The translations under genes and the position numbers were made by a program. The notes under the pieces were generated by a model that saw only the letters and a program-made list of their open reading frames with translations, was not told the origin of the DNA and searched no databases. Below are positions 40,466 to 53,512 of a stretch of DNA of 64,000 nucleotides, piece after piece. Where the stretch lies: assembly GCA_964016885.1 (NCBI GenBank), contig OZ024744.1:89094001-89158000 (forward strand), given 5' to 3'. Each line of letters begins with the position of its first letter. Position 1 is the first letter of the stretch. The stretch is from Eledone cirrhosa. Its lineage: Eukaryota.

Positions 40466-43400
40466 ACAGTTGCATTTATCTTGCTTTATGTTCATACGAG
40501 TTATCACCAAGTCACAACCAGTGACCTCAAGAGACAACAAGGTCCGCCATGTTCAAGAAAGAACATACATACTCACACATGCATCTTTAGTGTTTAGACT
40601 TGTGATGTACTTATATTGACAGAATCTTCCTTAGTATATGGGCAGTTCCCATTAGTACTATCTTTTGTATTTCTCCTATACGCGGGTTTCCTGGGATTTG
40701 CGATAAGTAATCATTAGACCCCTTAGGTATCATTCCCAGAGCGCCTACAACCACTGGTATTGTTTTAGTTCTCAATTTCCACATTTTTCCAATTTCTATC
40801 TCCAGGTCCTTATACTTGCTCAATTTTTCAAATGTTTTTATAGATACATTCTTGTCTATTGGAACAGAAATATCAATTAGCAGGCATACCCTCTTTTTAA
40901 AATCCTTCAATATTATATCAGGTCTATTTGCATCTATTTTTCGGTCTGTTTGAATGCTAAAGTTCCACAAGATTGAGATGTGATCTTTTTCAAGTATGGG
41001 AGGTGGTTGATGCTCCCACCAATTCTTTTGATGGGGCACGTCAAAATGCTTACACATTATCCAGTGTATGTATTGTGCAGCTCTGTCATGCCTGTTTAGG
41101 TATTCGGTTGGAGCTATAGGACTGCACATTGAAATTATATGGTCAATGGTCTCTGGTTGTTTTTTGCATACACGGCATAATGGGCTGCATCCATTTTTTA
41201 TTATGTTGGCTTGGTAATTTTTTGTTGGCAGACACTGATCTTGTGCTGATATAATCAGTCCTTCAGTCTCCAATTTCAGTCCAGAGGATGCCAACCACTG
41301 ATGGGTTAAAGTTTTGTCAACATCAGGATTGTTAGCTCGCTCCATGCAGAGGCTTTTCTTGCCATTTCTTAGCCAGTTTCTGTAGCAGTTCTTTCTTTGC
41401 AGTTACTTTTACCTGCTTTGCTTTTTCTGTGTTTTCCATTTCAGCAGTAAATGGGACTTCTGAAATGTGTAGTCCATTACTGTATCTTTGTGCATCTTTT
41501 GTAATGGAATATGATCTTTTGATGCTTTCGTGTTTCAAAACGAGTTTGATCATCCAATCATGTGATTCCCTTAGATATGTAGATAATCCAATTTTTGCAG
41601 TTTTCAACGAAATGTCTAACTGGATTAACCCACGTCCTCCTTCTTTCCTAGGGAGGTATATTCTATCTATAACTGCCTTAGGGTGATGCATTCTGTGCAT
41701 GGTTAAGAATTTTCGAATTTTTGTATCGAACCTACGGATCTCTGTGCTTGACCAGTTGATGACATTGTAACTGTAGGTTACTACTGGCATGGCAAGCGTG
41801 TTTATGGCATCGATCCTATTCCTTGCATTCAATTCCGTTCTTAAGATTGCTCTTACTCTGCGGTAACATTCCTTCCTTATCCTTTCCCTCATTGTCGAGT
41901 GCTTGATTCCGTCTCCTTCACAAACACCTAGATATTTGTAAGTTTCCTCTTGATCAAGTTCTCTTATCACATTCCCTCGACTAAGATTAATGTCTGAACT
42001 TTTCAGCAGCTTTCCTCTGGTGAACGTTGCTTTGGCGCATTTATCTAGTCCAAACTCCATTTTAATGTCATCACTGAACTGCTCCACAGTGGATAATAGC
42101 CCTTGCAATTGTTCATCATTTTTTGCAAATAGTTTCAGTTCATCCATGTAGAACAGGTGATTAATGGTTTTGTCATAGACTTTATATCCATGTTTTGTTT
42201 CATTGAGCATTTTACTTAATGGTATAAGTGCGATGCAGAATAAAAGCGGTGATAAAGAGTCACCCTGAAAAATTCCACAATTAATATTAACTTCTCCAGC
42301 TTCCAGTGATTTTGTTTCACTATTCAACAGGAGTGTCGTTTTCCATGTCTTCATAGTGAATGCCAAAAACCTCCTGATAACGGGGGATATTTTGAAAATC
42401 TCTAAACAATTTTCAATCCAACTGTGTGGCAAACTATCGAATGCTTTTTTATAATCTATCCAAGCAATCGATAGATTTTTGTGTCTATTATGACAATCTT
42501 CCAGTATCATTTTGTTAACCAGAAGCTGATCCTTACAGCCATATGAGCCTCGTTTACACCCTTTCTGCTCAATGGGAAATAGGTCATTTGTTATCAGGTG
42601 ATCATATGTGTATTCAGTTAGGACTGATGTTAAAATTTTATACATCGTGGTCAAGCAAGTTATCGGTCTGTAATTTTTGGGATTGTTTGTCTCATCATTC
42701 TTCGGAAGCAGGAATGTAATGCTGTTAACTAGCCATGATGGTATCTTTTCTGGCTCCTTAATTATTTCATTGTAAAGTTGGGCTAACAGCTCATGAGACT
42801 CTGTGAAGGCATTTATCCAAAAGTTTTGTATTTTGTCTTTTCCTGGGGATTTCCATTTGCTGGTTTTTCTTAGAGCCAAGCGCAACTGTTCAACTGTTAT
42901 ATTTTCCCATATTTGTTCCTCAAGGTGAGCTGTATCTTTCATTTGTCTGTCTCTCCATGGGGCATGTATGTTATGAACTTTTTCTTCGGCCCAGATCTTT
43001 TCCCAGAATTCTTGCACTTCCTCCTTGGGTAGTATTGATTTAGCAGTTATTGTTGACTTACCAATTTTTCTGTAGAAGTTTCTTTGGTTGTTTTTGAACA
43101 TATTATTGTCCTTATAGAATCTAGATCGTTTTTCAAAGCGCCTTATACGAGCAGCTTTGGCCGACACTTTTTGCTTGATTGTTTCTATCAGCATGTCTAT
43201 GTCACATGTTGATCTTATACTGTACTTTTTTTTCAATTTTCTAAGTTTAGTTTGTTTAACATGTTCACCTACTTTATAGTTTTTAAAAATGTCTATGTCA
43301 CATCGGAGAAGGTTTATTTGGCGATTGATGTTCTCTTGCCAAGTAGATTTCTTGTGGGAATTCCTTTGTTTTTTCATCTTCACTCCACATAAGTGAGTGG

Positions 43401-45384
43401 TGACTTTAGCCGATGCATAATAGAGATGATTTAAAGCAGTAATGTTTCGTTTGTTTGTGATGATAATGTTTTTGAGAATTATGTTAGTCTTGTGTATTAT
43501 CTTTTGGTTCTGTTTGGAGTTCTGGATCTTAGGGAGGGTGTCTCGTTGCCCCATGTCAGATTCTTTCATTTTCATCCATTCGATCATAATTTCATCCTTC
43601 AAGTTGGCAAGTTCATTCTCATTCATTTCTTTATCATTTACGATCTCATTATTTTCATTTGGAGTTTCATCCTGAGCATGCACTCCCTCCACTTTTTCGA
43701 TCCTTTCTTTAATTTGTTCTGTTGCCAGTGATTCCGCCCCAACCCTGGGATTCGAAGTGTTACAGTTTACTTCGTTTTCACTGAGACATGTTTCATTTTC
43801 CCTTCGCTGACTTTGTGCTAATAGCTTGATCTGATCAATTTCTATATCAGTTAGTAACTTTTTTCTTACAATATTTCTTCATATATTGGCTAGTTTGTTA
43901 CTGTCAATATAGCCTCTCTTTTCGGGATGTTTCTTTTTCCAGTTGATATATGTCTGTTCTGTATTCGATGTATTTGATGGGTAGTACATGGCAGTGTAGA
44001 AAGCCTCAAGGACTTCTTTATTATCTTCCCTTGACCATTTTTCTCTCTTTTTCTTTGGATTTCTTGGTGGTGAGCATGGAGGGCCAACAGTAGGAGTATT
44101 CCGGTTATGGGAGGTCTCCAGCTCCGAAGTGATGGGAAGGTTTGAACCATTAGCTGATTTTTCGACCCCAGTCTGGTTCCTCTCTGAGGGACGCGGCCCT
44201 TTTTTACCCGGGTGACGGCCGATCCGGTATGAGATTTTATCATTAGACATTTACTTTATTTTGTCGCGTTTTATCCTTATCCGCCAAGGGGTAATCATTT
44301 CGTGTTACCACTTCTAGAACGAGTGTCAACCAAGACTAGAGGGGTCGTTCTCCCCTAGAGACACGGCTATTCCCCGCCGGCCGCCATCCCGGTATTTCTT
44401 GGTCACGGGGTTTTCTTTTTGTTGTTTTTTTTTAAGTTGTTATTATCATGACTGGTTCCTTAATGTGAGCATTGCGTGGCTTAAGAATGAAATTATTAAT
44501 AATTGTCTCCATTCCAGGCACAAGGCCAGCAATCACCCAGTGCATTACAATAATATAATATACTTTTTGCTGTAGTTGCCTGTTATTGTTGTTGGCTATG
44601 TCGGTGGTGGTGCCGGGGCTTTTTATATTGTTGGTGAGGAAGGGGTGAGCCAGCAGTCCCATAGTTGTTGATGTTGACGTTTGGCCGGTGGCCAGGTCAC
44701 TAAGTCAATCTATTTATATCTTTTGCTAGCCTCTCCCTTGTCTAGTGATACCGCCACCTTCCCCTTTCTCTCTCAAGTTAACAGGGGAATAGTGGTGGTA
44801 GCAATGAAAGAGTGGTGGCGGCGGCGATGGGATAGTGGTAGCAATGATGGATGGGGTGGTGGCGTTGTGGTTACTGGGTTTTGTGATATGTAGTATCTAT
44901 GAGTTTGTGTTCGTATGTTTAATATATATTGTGTTGACATATTCCCGTAAAATTGGAATTAAACATTTTGTTAAAATTTGAGACAATAATAATAGTAATT
45001 ATTATTATGATGCTGGGATTGATGGTGGTGGTGGTGAAATTGCCGTTATCTGGCTGTTATATGTAGTGTGATGGGATAGGTGGTGTATCAAGTTTCTGGT
45101 GTTGGTGAAATTGCTGTTATTTGGCTGTTCTATATAGTGTAGACAGAGGGTGTTTTCTTCCATTTATAACCATTTTCTTTTTTTGAATACAAAATATATA
45201 ATACAAAATTGAATATTTGAGTGATATAACAATATAATGTGGATCCGAAATTTTATGGGACTTCATTCGGTGGTTTATGCAACATTTGTACTAAGAATTG
45301 TTATTCCACAATTGATTTAAATATGTTAAAAATCAAAAACTTACGGGAGCGATTTTATGACCTTCTACCACCTCGTGCGTCTCG
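40466..45384 (-). mobile_element. R4/Dong family B, full-length copy 1 with about 1.1-kb upstream leader
   Basis: ATG 44250 to stop 40611; the leader is shared with copy 2 up to ACGCACG.GGTGGTAGAAGG; (TAA)n at both ends. Confidence 0.93.
40611..44250 (-). pseudogene. Family B single ORF (about 1215 aa: Myb-like, RT, CCHC, RLE), disrupted
   Basis: Premature TGA at 43879-43881 (CGA in copy 2), about 10-nt deletion near 41342, YMDE instead of YMDD. Confidence 0.9.
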
Positions 45385-45439
45385 TTATTATTATTATTCT
45401 TATTATTATTCTTATTATTATTATATTATTATTATTATT

Positions 45440-48400
45440 ACAGCTGCATTTATCTTGCTTTATGTTCATACGAGTTATCACCAAGTCACAACCAGTGACC
45501 TCAAGAGACAACAAGGTCCGCCATGTTCAAGAAAGAACATACATACTCACACATGCATCTTTAGTGTTTAGACTTGTGATGTACTTATATTGACAGAATT
45601 TTCCTTAGTATATGGGCAGTTCCCATTAGTACTATCTTTTGTATTTCTCCTATATGCGGGTTTTCTGGGATTTGCGATAAGTAATCATTAGACCCCTTAG
45701 GTATCATTCCCAGAGAGCCTACAACCACTGGTATTGTTTTAGTTCTCAATTTCCACATTTTTCAAATTTCTATCTCCAGGTCCTTATACTCGCTCAATTT
45801 TTCAAATGTTTTTATAGATACATTCTTGTCTATTGGAACGGACATATCAATTAGCAAGGATACCCTCTTTTTAAAGTCCTTCAATATTATATCAGGTCTA
45901 TTTGCATCTATTTGTCGGTCTGTTTGGATGCTAAAGTTCCACAAGATGGAGATGTGATCTTTTTCAAGTATGGGAGGTGGCTGATGCTCCCACCAATTCT
46001 TTTGATGGGGCAGGTCAAAATGCTTACACATTATCCAATGTATGTATTGTGCAGCTCTGTCATGCCTGTTTAGGTATTCGGTTGGAGCTATAGGACTGCA
46101 CATTGAAATTATATGGTCAATGGTCTCTGGTTGTTTTTTACATACACGGCATAATGGGCTGCATCCATTTTTTATTATGTTGGCTTGGTAATTTTTTGTT
46201 GGCAGACACTGATCTTGTGCTGATATAATCAGTCCTTCAGTCTCCAATTTCAGTCCAGAGGATGCCAACCACTGATGTGTTAAAGTTTTGTCAACATCAG
46301 GATTGTTAGCTCGTTCTGGGTATTTTCCATACAGAGGCTTTTCTTGCCATTTCTTAGCCAGTTACTTTTACCTGCTTTGCTTTTTCTGTGTTTTCCATTT
46401 CAACAGTAAATGGGACTTCTGAAATGTGTAGTCAATTACTGTATCTTTGTGCATCTTTTGTAATGGAGTATGATCTTTTGATGCTTTCGTGTTTCAAAAC
46501 GAGTTTGATCATCCAATCATGTGATTCCCTGAGATATGTAGATAATCCAATCGTTGCAGTTTTCAACGCAATGTCTAACTGGATTGACCCACGTCCTCCT
46601 TCTTTGCTAGGGAGATATATTCTATCTGTACCTGCCTTAGGGTGATGCATTCTGTGCATGGTTAAGAATTTTCGAATTTTTGTATCGAGCCTACGGATCT
46701 CTGTGCTTGACCAGTTGATGACATTGTAACTGTAGGTTACTACTGGCATGGCAAGCGTGTTTATAGCATCGATCCTATTCCTTGCATTCAATTCCGTTCT
46801 TAAGATTGCTCTTACTCTGCGGTAACATTCCTTCCTTATCCTTTCCCTCATTGTCGAGTGCTTGATTCCGTCTCCTTCACAAACACCTAGATATTTGTAA
46901 GTTTCCTCTTGATCAAGTTCTCTTATCACATTCCCTCGACCAAGATTAATGTCTGAACTTTTCAGCAGCTTTCCTCTGGTGAACGTTGCTTTGGCGCATT
47001 TATCTAGTCCAAACTCCATTTTAATGTCATCACTGAACTGCTCCACAGTGGATAATAGCCCTTGCAATTGTTCATCATTTTTTGCAAATAGTTTCAGGTC
47101 ATCCATGTAGAACAAGTGATTAATGGTTTTGTCATAGACTCTATATCCATGTTTTGTTTCATTGAGCATTTTACTTAATGGTATAAGTGCGATGCAGAAT
47201 AAAAGCGGTGATAAAGAGTCACCCTGAAAAATTCCACAATTAATATTAACTTCTCCAGCTTCCAGTGATTTTTTTCACTATTCAGAAGGAGTGTCGTTTT
47301 CCATGTCTTAATACTGAATGACAAAAACCTCCTGACAACAGGGGATATTTTGAAAATCTCTAAACATTTTTCAATCCAACTGTGTGGCAAACTATCGAAT
47401 GCTTTTTTATAATCTATCCAAGCAATCGATAGATTTTTGTGTCTATTATGACAATCTTCCAGTATCATTTTGTTAACCAAAAGCTGATCCTTGCAGCCAT
47501 ATGAGCCTCGTTTACACCCTTTCTGCTCAATGGGAAATAGGTCATTTGTTATCAGGTGGTCATATGTATACTCAGTTAGGACTGATGTTAAAATTTTATA
47601 CATTTTGGTCAAGCAAGCTATCGGTCTGTAATTTTTGGGATTGTTTGTCTCATTATTCTTCGGAAGCAGGAATGTAATGCCCTTAACTAGCCATGATGGT
47701 ATCTTTTCTGGCTCCTTAACTATTTCATTGTAAAGTTGGGCTAAAAGCTCATGAGACTCTGTGAAGGCATTTATCCAAAAATTTTGTATTTTGTCTTTTT
47801 CTGGGGATTTCCATTTGCTGGTTTTTCTTAGAGCCAAACGCAACTGTTCAACTGTTATATTTTCCCATATTTGTTCCTCAAGGTGAGCTGTATCTTTTAT
47901 TTGTCTGTCTATCCATGGGGCATGTATATTATGAACTTTTTCTTCGGCCCAGATCTTTTCCCAGAATTCTTGCACTTCCTCCTTGGGTGGTATTGATTTA
48001 GCAGTTATTGTTGACTTACCAATTTTTCTGTAGAAGTTTCTTTGGTTGGTTTTGAACATATTATTGTCCTTATAGAATCTAGATCGTTTTTTAAAGCGCC
48101 TTATACGAGCAGTTTTGGCCGACACTTTTTGCTTGATTGTTTCTATCAGCATGTCTATGTCACATGTTGATCTTATACTGTACTTTTTTTTCAATTTTCT
48201 AAGTTTAGTTTGTTTAACATGTTCACCTACTTTATAGTTTTTAAAAATGTCTATGTCACATCGGAGAAGGTTTATTTGGCGATTGATGTTCTCTTGCCAA
48301 GTAGATTTCTTGTGGGAATTCCTTTGTTTTTTCATCTTCACTCCACATAAGTGAGTGGTGACTTTAGCCGATGCATAATAGAGATGATTTAAATCAGTAA

Positions 48401-50364
48401 TGTTTAGTTTGTTTGTGATGATAATGTTTTTGAGAATTATGTTAGTCTTGTGTATTATCTTTTGGTTCTGTTTGGAGTTCTGGATCTTAGGGAGGGTGTC
48501 TCGTTCCCCCATGTCAGATTCTTTCATTTTCATCCATTCGATCATAATTTCATCCTTCAAGTTGGCAAGTTCATTCTCATTCATTTCTTTATCATTTACG
48601 ATCTCATTATTTTCATTTGGAGTTTCATCTTGAGCATGCACTCCCTCCACTTTTTCGATCCTTTCTTTAATTTGTTCTGTTGCCAGTGATTCCGCCCCAA
48701 CCCTGGGATTCGAAGTGTTACAGTTTACTTCGTTTTCACTGAGACATGTTTCATTTTCCCTTCGCTGACTTTGTGCTAATAGCTTGATCTGATCAATTTT
48801 TGTATCAGTTAGTAACTTTTTTTTTACAATATTTCTTCGTATATTGGCTAGTTTGTTACTGTCAATATAGCCTCTGTTTTCAGGATGTTTTTTTTCCAGT
48901 TGATATATGTCTGTTCTGTATTCGATGTATTTGATGGGTAGTACATGGCAGTGTAGAAAGCCTCAAGGACTTCTTTATTATCTTCCCTTGACCATTTTTC
49001 TCTCTTTTTCTTTGGATTTCTTGGTGGTGAGCATGGAGGGCCAACAGTAGGAGTATTCCGGTTATGGGAGGTCTCCAGCTCCGAAGTGATGGGAAGGTTT
49101 GAACCATTAGCTGATTTTTCGACCCCAGTCTGGTTCCTCTCTGAGGGACGCGGCCCTTTTTTACCCGGGTGACGGCCGATCCGGTGTGAGATTTTATCAT
49201 TAGACATTTACTTTATTTTGTCGCGTTTTATCCTTATCCGCCAAGGGGTAATCATTTCGTGTTACCACTTCTAGAACGAGTGTCAACCAAGACTAGAGGG
49301 GTCGTTCTCCCCTAGAGACACGGCTATTCCCCGCCGGCCGCCATCCCGGTATTTCTTGGTCACGGGGTTTTCTTTTTTGTTGTTTTTTTAAATTGTTATT
49401 ATCATGAGTGGTTCCTTAATGTGAGCATTGCGTGGCTTAAGAATGAAATTATTAATAATTGTCTCCACTCCAGGCACAAGGCCAGCAATTACCCAGTGCA
49501 TTACAATAATATAATATACTTTTTGTTGAAGTTGCCTGTTATTGTTGTTGGCTATGTCGGTGGTGGTGCTGGGGCTTTATATATTGTTGGTGGGGAAGGG
49601 GGAGCCAGCAGTGCCATAGTTGTTGACTTTTGGCCGGTGGCCAGGTCACTAAGTCAATCTATTTATATCTTTTGCTAGCCTCTCCCTTGTCTAGTGATAC
49701 CACCACCTTCCCCTTTCTTAAGTTAACAGAAGGTAATGGGGATAGTGGTGGTAGCAATGAAGGAGTGGTGGCGCCGGTGATGGGATAGTGGTAGCAATGA
49801 TGGATGGAGTGGTGGCGGCGGTGGCGTTGTCGTTACTGATGTTTTATAGTTTTGTTTGATCTGTAGTATCTATGCGTTTGTGTCGCGTATGTTTAATATA
49901 TGTGTTGACATATTCTCTTAATATTGGAATTAAACATTTTGTTAAAACTTGAATCAATAATAATAGTAATTATTATTATGATGCTGGGATTGGTGGTGGC
50001 GGTGGTGAAATTGCTGTTATCTGGCTGTTATATTTAGTGTTCACAGCGGGGTGATGGGGTAGGTGGTGTATCTCGTTTCTGGTGTTGGTGAAATTGCTGT
50101 TATTTGGCTGTTCTATATAGTGTAGACAGAGGATGTTTTCTTCCATTTATAACCATTTTCTTTTTTGAATATAAAATATATAATACAAAATTGGATATTT
50201 GAGCGATATAACAATATATTATGGATCCGAATTTTTATGATACTTGATTCGGTGATTTATGCATCATTTGTACTAAGAATTGTTATTTCACAATTGATTT
50301 AAATATGTTAAAAATCAAAAACTTACGGGAGCGATTTCATGACCTTCTACCACCACGTGCGTCT
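45440..50364 (-). mobile_element. R4/Dong family B, full-length copy 2 with leader
   Basis: ATG 49207; collinear with copy 1 over about 4.9 kb. Confidence 0.93.
45586..49207 (-). pseudogene. Family B ORF, disrupted
   Basis: Frameshifts near 48890 and 47270, stops at 46432 and 45762, deletion near 46360; YMDD intact. Confidence 0.9.
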
Positions 50365-50406
50365 TCTTCCCTTCTTCTTCTTCTTCTTCTTCTTCTTCTT
50401 CTTCTT

Positions 50407-50437
<31 letters not shown>

Positions 50438-50439
50438 TG

Positions 50440-50505
<66 letters not shown>

Positions 50506-50508
<3 letters not shown>

Positions 50509-50565
50509 AAGTACCAGTAATACACTGGAATAATTGCTGGCCTTGTGCCACAAGTAGAAACAATT
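50506..50565 (+). mobile_element. SINE 3' fragment within (ATT)n
   Basis: ATAAAGTACCAGTAATACACTGG...GGCCTTGTGCCACAAGTAGAAACAATTATT. Confidence 0.8.
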
Positions 50566-50586
50566 ATTATTATTATTATTATTATT

Positions 50587-51088
50587 ACAGTTGCATTTAA
50601 CTTGCTTTATGTTCATACGAGTTATCACCAAGTCACAACCAGTGACCTCAAGAGACAACAAGGTCCGCCATGTTCAAGAAAGAACATACATACTCACACA
50701 TGCATCTTTAGTGTTTAGACTTGTGATGTACTTATATTGACAGAATCTTCCTTAGTATATGGGCAGTTCCCATTAGTACTATCTTTTGTATTTCTCCTAT
50801 ACGCGGGTTTCCTGGGATTTGCGATATGTAATCATTAGACCCCTTAGGTATCATTCCTAGAGCGCCTACAACCACTGGTATTGTTTTAGTTCTCAATTTC
50901 CACATTTTTCCAATTACTATCTCCAGGTCCTTATACTTGCTCAATTTTTCAAATGTTTTTATAGATACATTCTTGTCTATTGGAACGGACATATCAATTA
51001 GCAGGCATACCCTCTTTTTAAAGCTCTTCAATATTATATCAGGTCTATTTGCATCTATTTTTCGGTCTGTTTGGATGCTAAAGTTCCA
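50587..51088 (-). mobile_element. R4/Dong family B, short 5'-truncated copy
   Basis: RLE C-terminus ORF 50732-51031 plus family B 3' UTR; (TAA)n on both sides. Confidence 0.93.
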
Positions 51089-51124
51089 TTATTATTATTA
51101 TTATTATTATTATTGTTGTTGTTA

Positions 51125-53398
51125 TTCCCTGAATCTCAGTCATTGATGTTGGTTAACTGGAAAGTCCGTTGGATTGAATATCAAGCCACTACCTGCAGCC
51201 TCAGATATTCAGGACGTATCGGAGGGTTCTTGCTGTTCCAAGCAAGCATGCCTTTTGAAGCGTTCCAAAAAGCGTGAAGGGGCCGATTTTCTTTAACCAT
51301 CCCTGGAAACTTTTGGAGATAGTCCCCAGTGCGCCTATGACAATCGGGATCACTTTGACTTCATGGCAGTTCCAAATCCTTTTCACCTCCCACTTTAGGT
51401 CCTGGTATCGGTTAATTTTCTCCCTCTCCTCCTCTTGCACTCTCGTGTCGAACGGGCAGGCCACATCCACAATCAGACACGATCTTTTTTCTTTGTCCAC
51501 AACCACCAGGTCAGGTCTATTGTGTTCCAGTTTTTTGTCCGTCTGTATCCTAAAATCCCACAGCACCTTCACCTGATTGTTCTCCATCACCGCCTCTGAC
51601 CTATGCTCATACCATTTCTCAGAATGTGGTAAATTGTTTACTTTGCACAGGTGCCAGTGGATCACCCTGCCCATCACATCGTGTCTCCAGCCCTTATAGT
51701 GGGTCTGGGCTAGGTGTTTACACTCGGACACAATGTGAGTCACAGTCTCCTCTCTCTCTCTCCACAGATCCTGCACAGTGGGTTAGCCTCCTCCTTGTAG
51801 ATATGGTGCTTCAACCACTTCGTTTTAAGGGCCTGCTCCTGCGCAGCCATTAGCATTCCTTCTGTAGCCTTTTTGAGGTCTCCTCTTCTCAACCAGTTCC
51901 ATGTCTGTGGATCTCTAAATTCAGTTTTCTCAAAGAAGGTACTATGAAAGGATTTTCCCTTAAGGCTGCTCTTCCTCCTTGATGTTATTTCCTCCTTGGA
52001 CATCCCCTGGCCTACTGTCCCCTCCTTCAGTACAGTTCTGAGCATTGGCTCCTTACTATAGGTCACGTATTTGTATAGGTTGTTTTTCTCCATCTGAACA
52101 CAGTCCTCTATGCTGATAAGACCTCTTCCACCCTCAGATCTCCTTAGGTAGAGTCTATCGACATCACTCCTCTTGTGGAACATGTTGTAGATAGTCAATA
52201 GCTTCCTAGTCTTCCTATCCATTTCTTTTTGTTCAGCAACATTCCATCTCAGAATTCCCGCACTGTACCTAATAATAGACACAGCTCGGGAATTTACTGC
52301 GCTTATGGCATTTCTGCTGTTCAGATGTGACTTCAATACGCTCCTTACTCTCCGAATGTATTCAGTTCTTAACAATTCCTTCATTTTTTTGTTCTTTATG
52401 CCATCAGCCTCCAGAACGCCCAAATACTTGTATCCTTCCTTAGAGTCAATTTCCTTTATCATCTCACCTGTTGGTATCTGGATCCCGTTACTTCTGCTCA
52501 ACCTACCCCTCTTCATCACAATGACTCCACATTTACCAATACCAAACTGCATACATATATCACTGCTGAAAATACGGACAGTGTCAACAAGCACATCCAA
52601 CTCCTTCTCACTTTTCCCGAAGAGCTTAAGATCGTCCATGAAGAGGAGGTGATTGATGGTAAGCTCTCCCCTTCCCAACTTGTATCCTGCTCTCACTTTT
52701 CGCAGCATAATGGTCAAGGGCATCAGGGCAAGGACAAACAACAGAGGAGACAGGCTATCTCCCTGGAAGATACCTCTCTTGATCTTCACGCTTCCCAAGG
52801 ATACTCCAGTTGATGTCAACTCTGTCTCCCAGGACCCCATACTCCTGCCTAGCAACTGTCTGATGTTATCTGCCACCCTGAAGATCTCCAGGCTTTTGGT
52901 GATCCAGGAATGAGGCACCATGTCAAATGCCTTTCTGTAGTCTATCCATCCCATGGCAAGATCAGTGTGTCTCCTCCTGCAATTCCCCATTACCATCTTA
53001 TCAATAAGTAACTGGTCCTTTGTACCACGTGACTTCTTTCGGCATCCTTTCTGTTCGTCCGGTAACAAGTTGTTTGTGTGGAGGTGATGGTAGATTTCCT
53101 CAGACACAATGCTCATCAACAGTTTCCACATTACGGACAGACATGTGATAGGTCTATAGTTGGTAACATCATTACCCTTGATTCGGTCTTTCATTATCAG
53201 AACTGTGGTACCTTTTGTCAACCACTCTGGCACCTCACCCGACACCAAGCAGTCATTGAACATGGCCGTCAGCTTCGGGTGGAGGGATGTTAAATGTTTA
53301 ATCCAATACCCCTGCACACCATCTGGGCCTGGTGATTTCCAGTTGGTTAGTTTTTTGGCCTGCCCCTTAAGAGTTTCAACTGTGATACTCAAATCAGT
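51125..53398 (-). mobile_element. R4/Dong family A, 5'-truncated, young
   Basis: ORFs 51740-53455 and 51201-51776 separated by a (GA) slippage frameshift; near-identical to the next copy. Confidence 0.95.
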
Positions 53399-53512
53399 TA
53401 TTATTATTATTATTATTATTATTATTGTTATTGTTATTCCTTGAATCTCAGTCATTGATGTTGGTTAACTGGAAAGTCCGTTGGATTGAATATCAAGCCA
53501 CTACCTGCAGCC

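Noticed and set aside
43879-44250. Separate ORF1 in family B (123/119 aa)
   Set aside because: The two copies break at different positions; the combined reading gives one continuous ORF.
44250-44430. HDV-like ribozyme at Dong 5' ends
   Set aside because: Could not thread the nested double pseudoknot by eye; left as a structured-motif finding.
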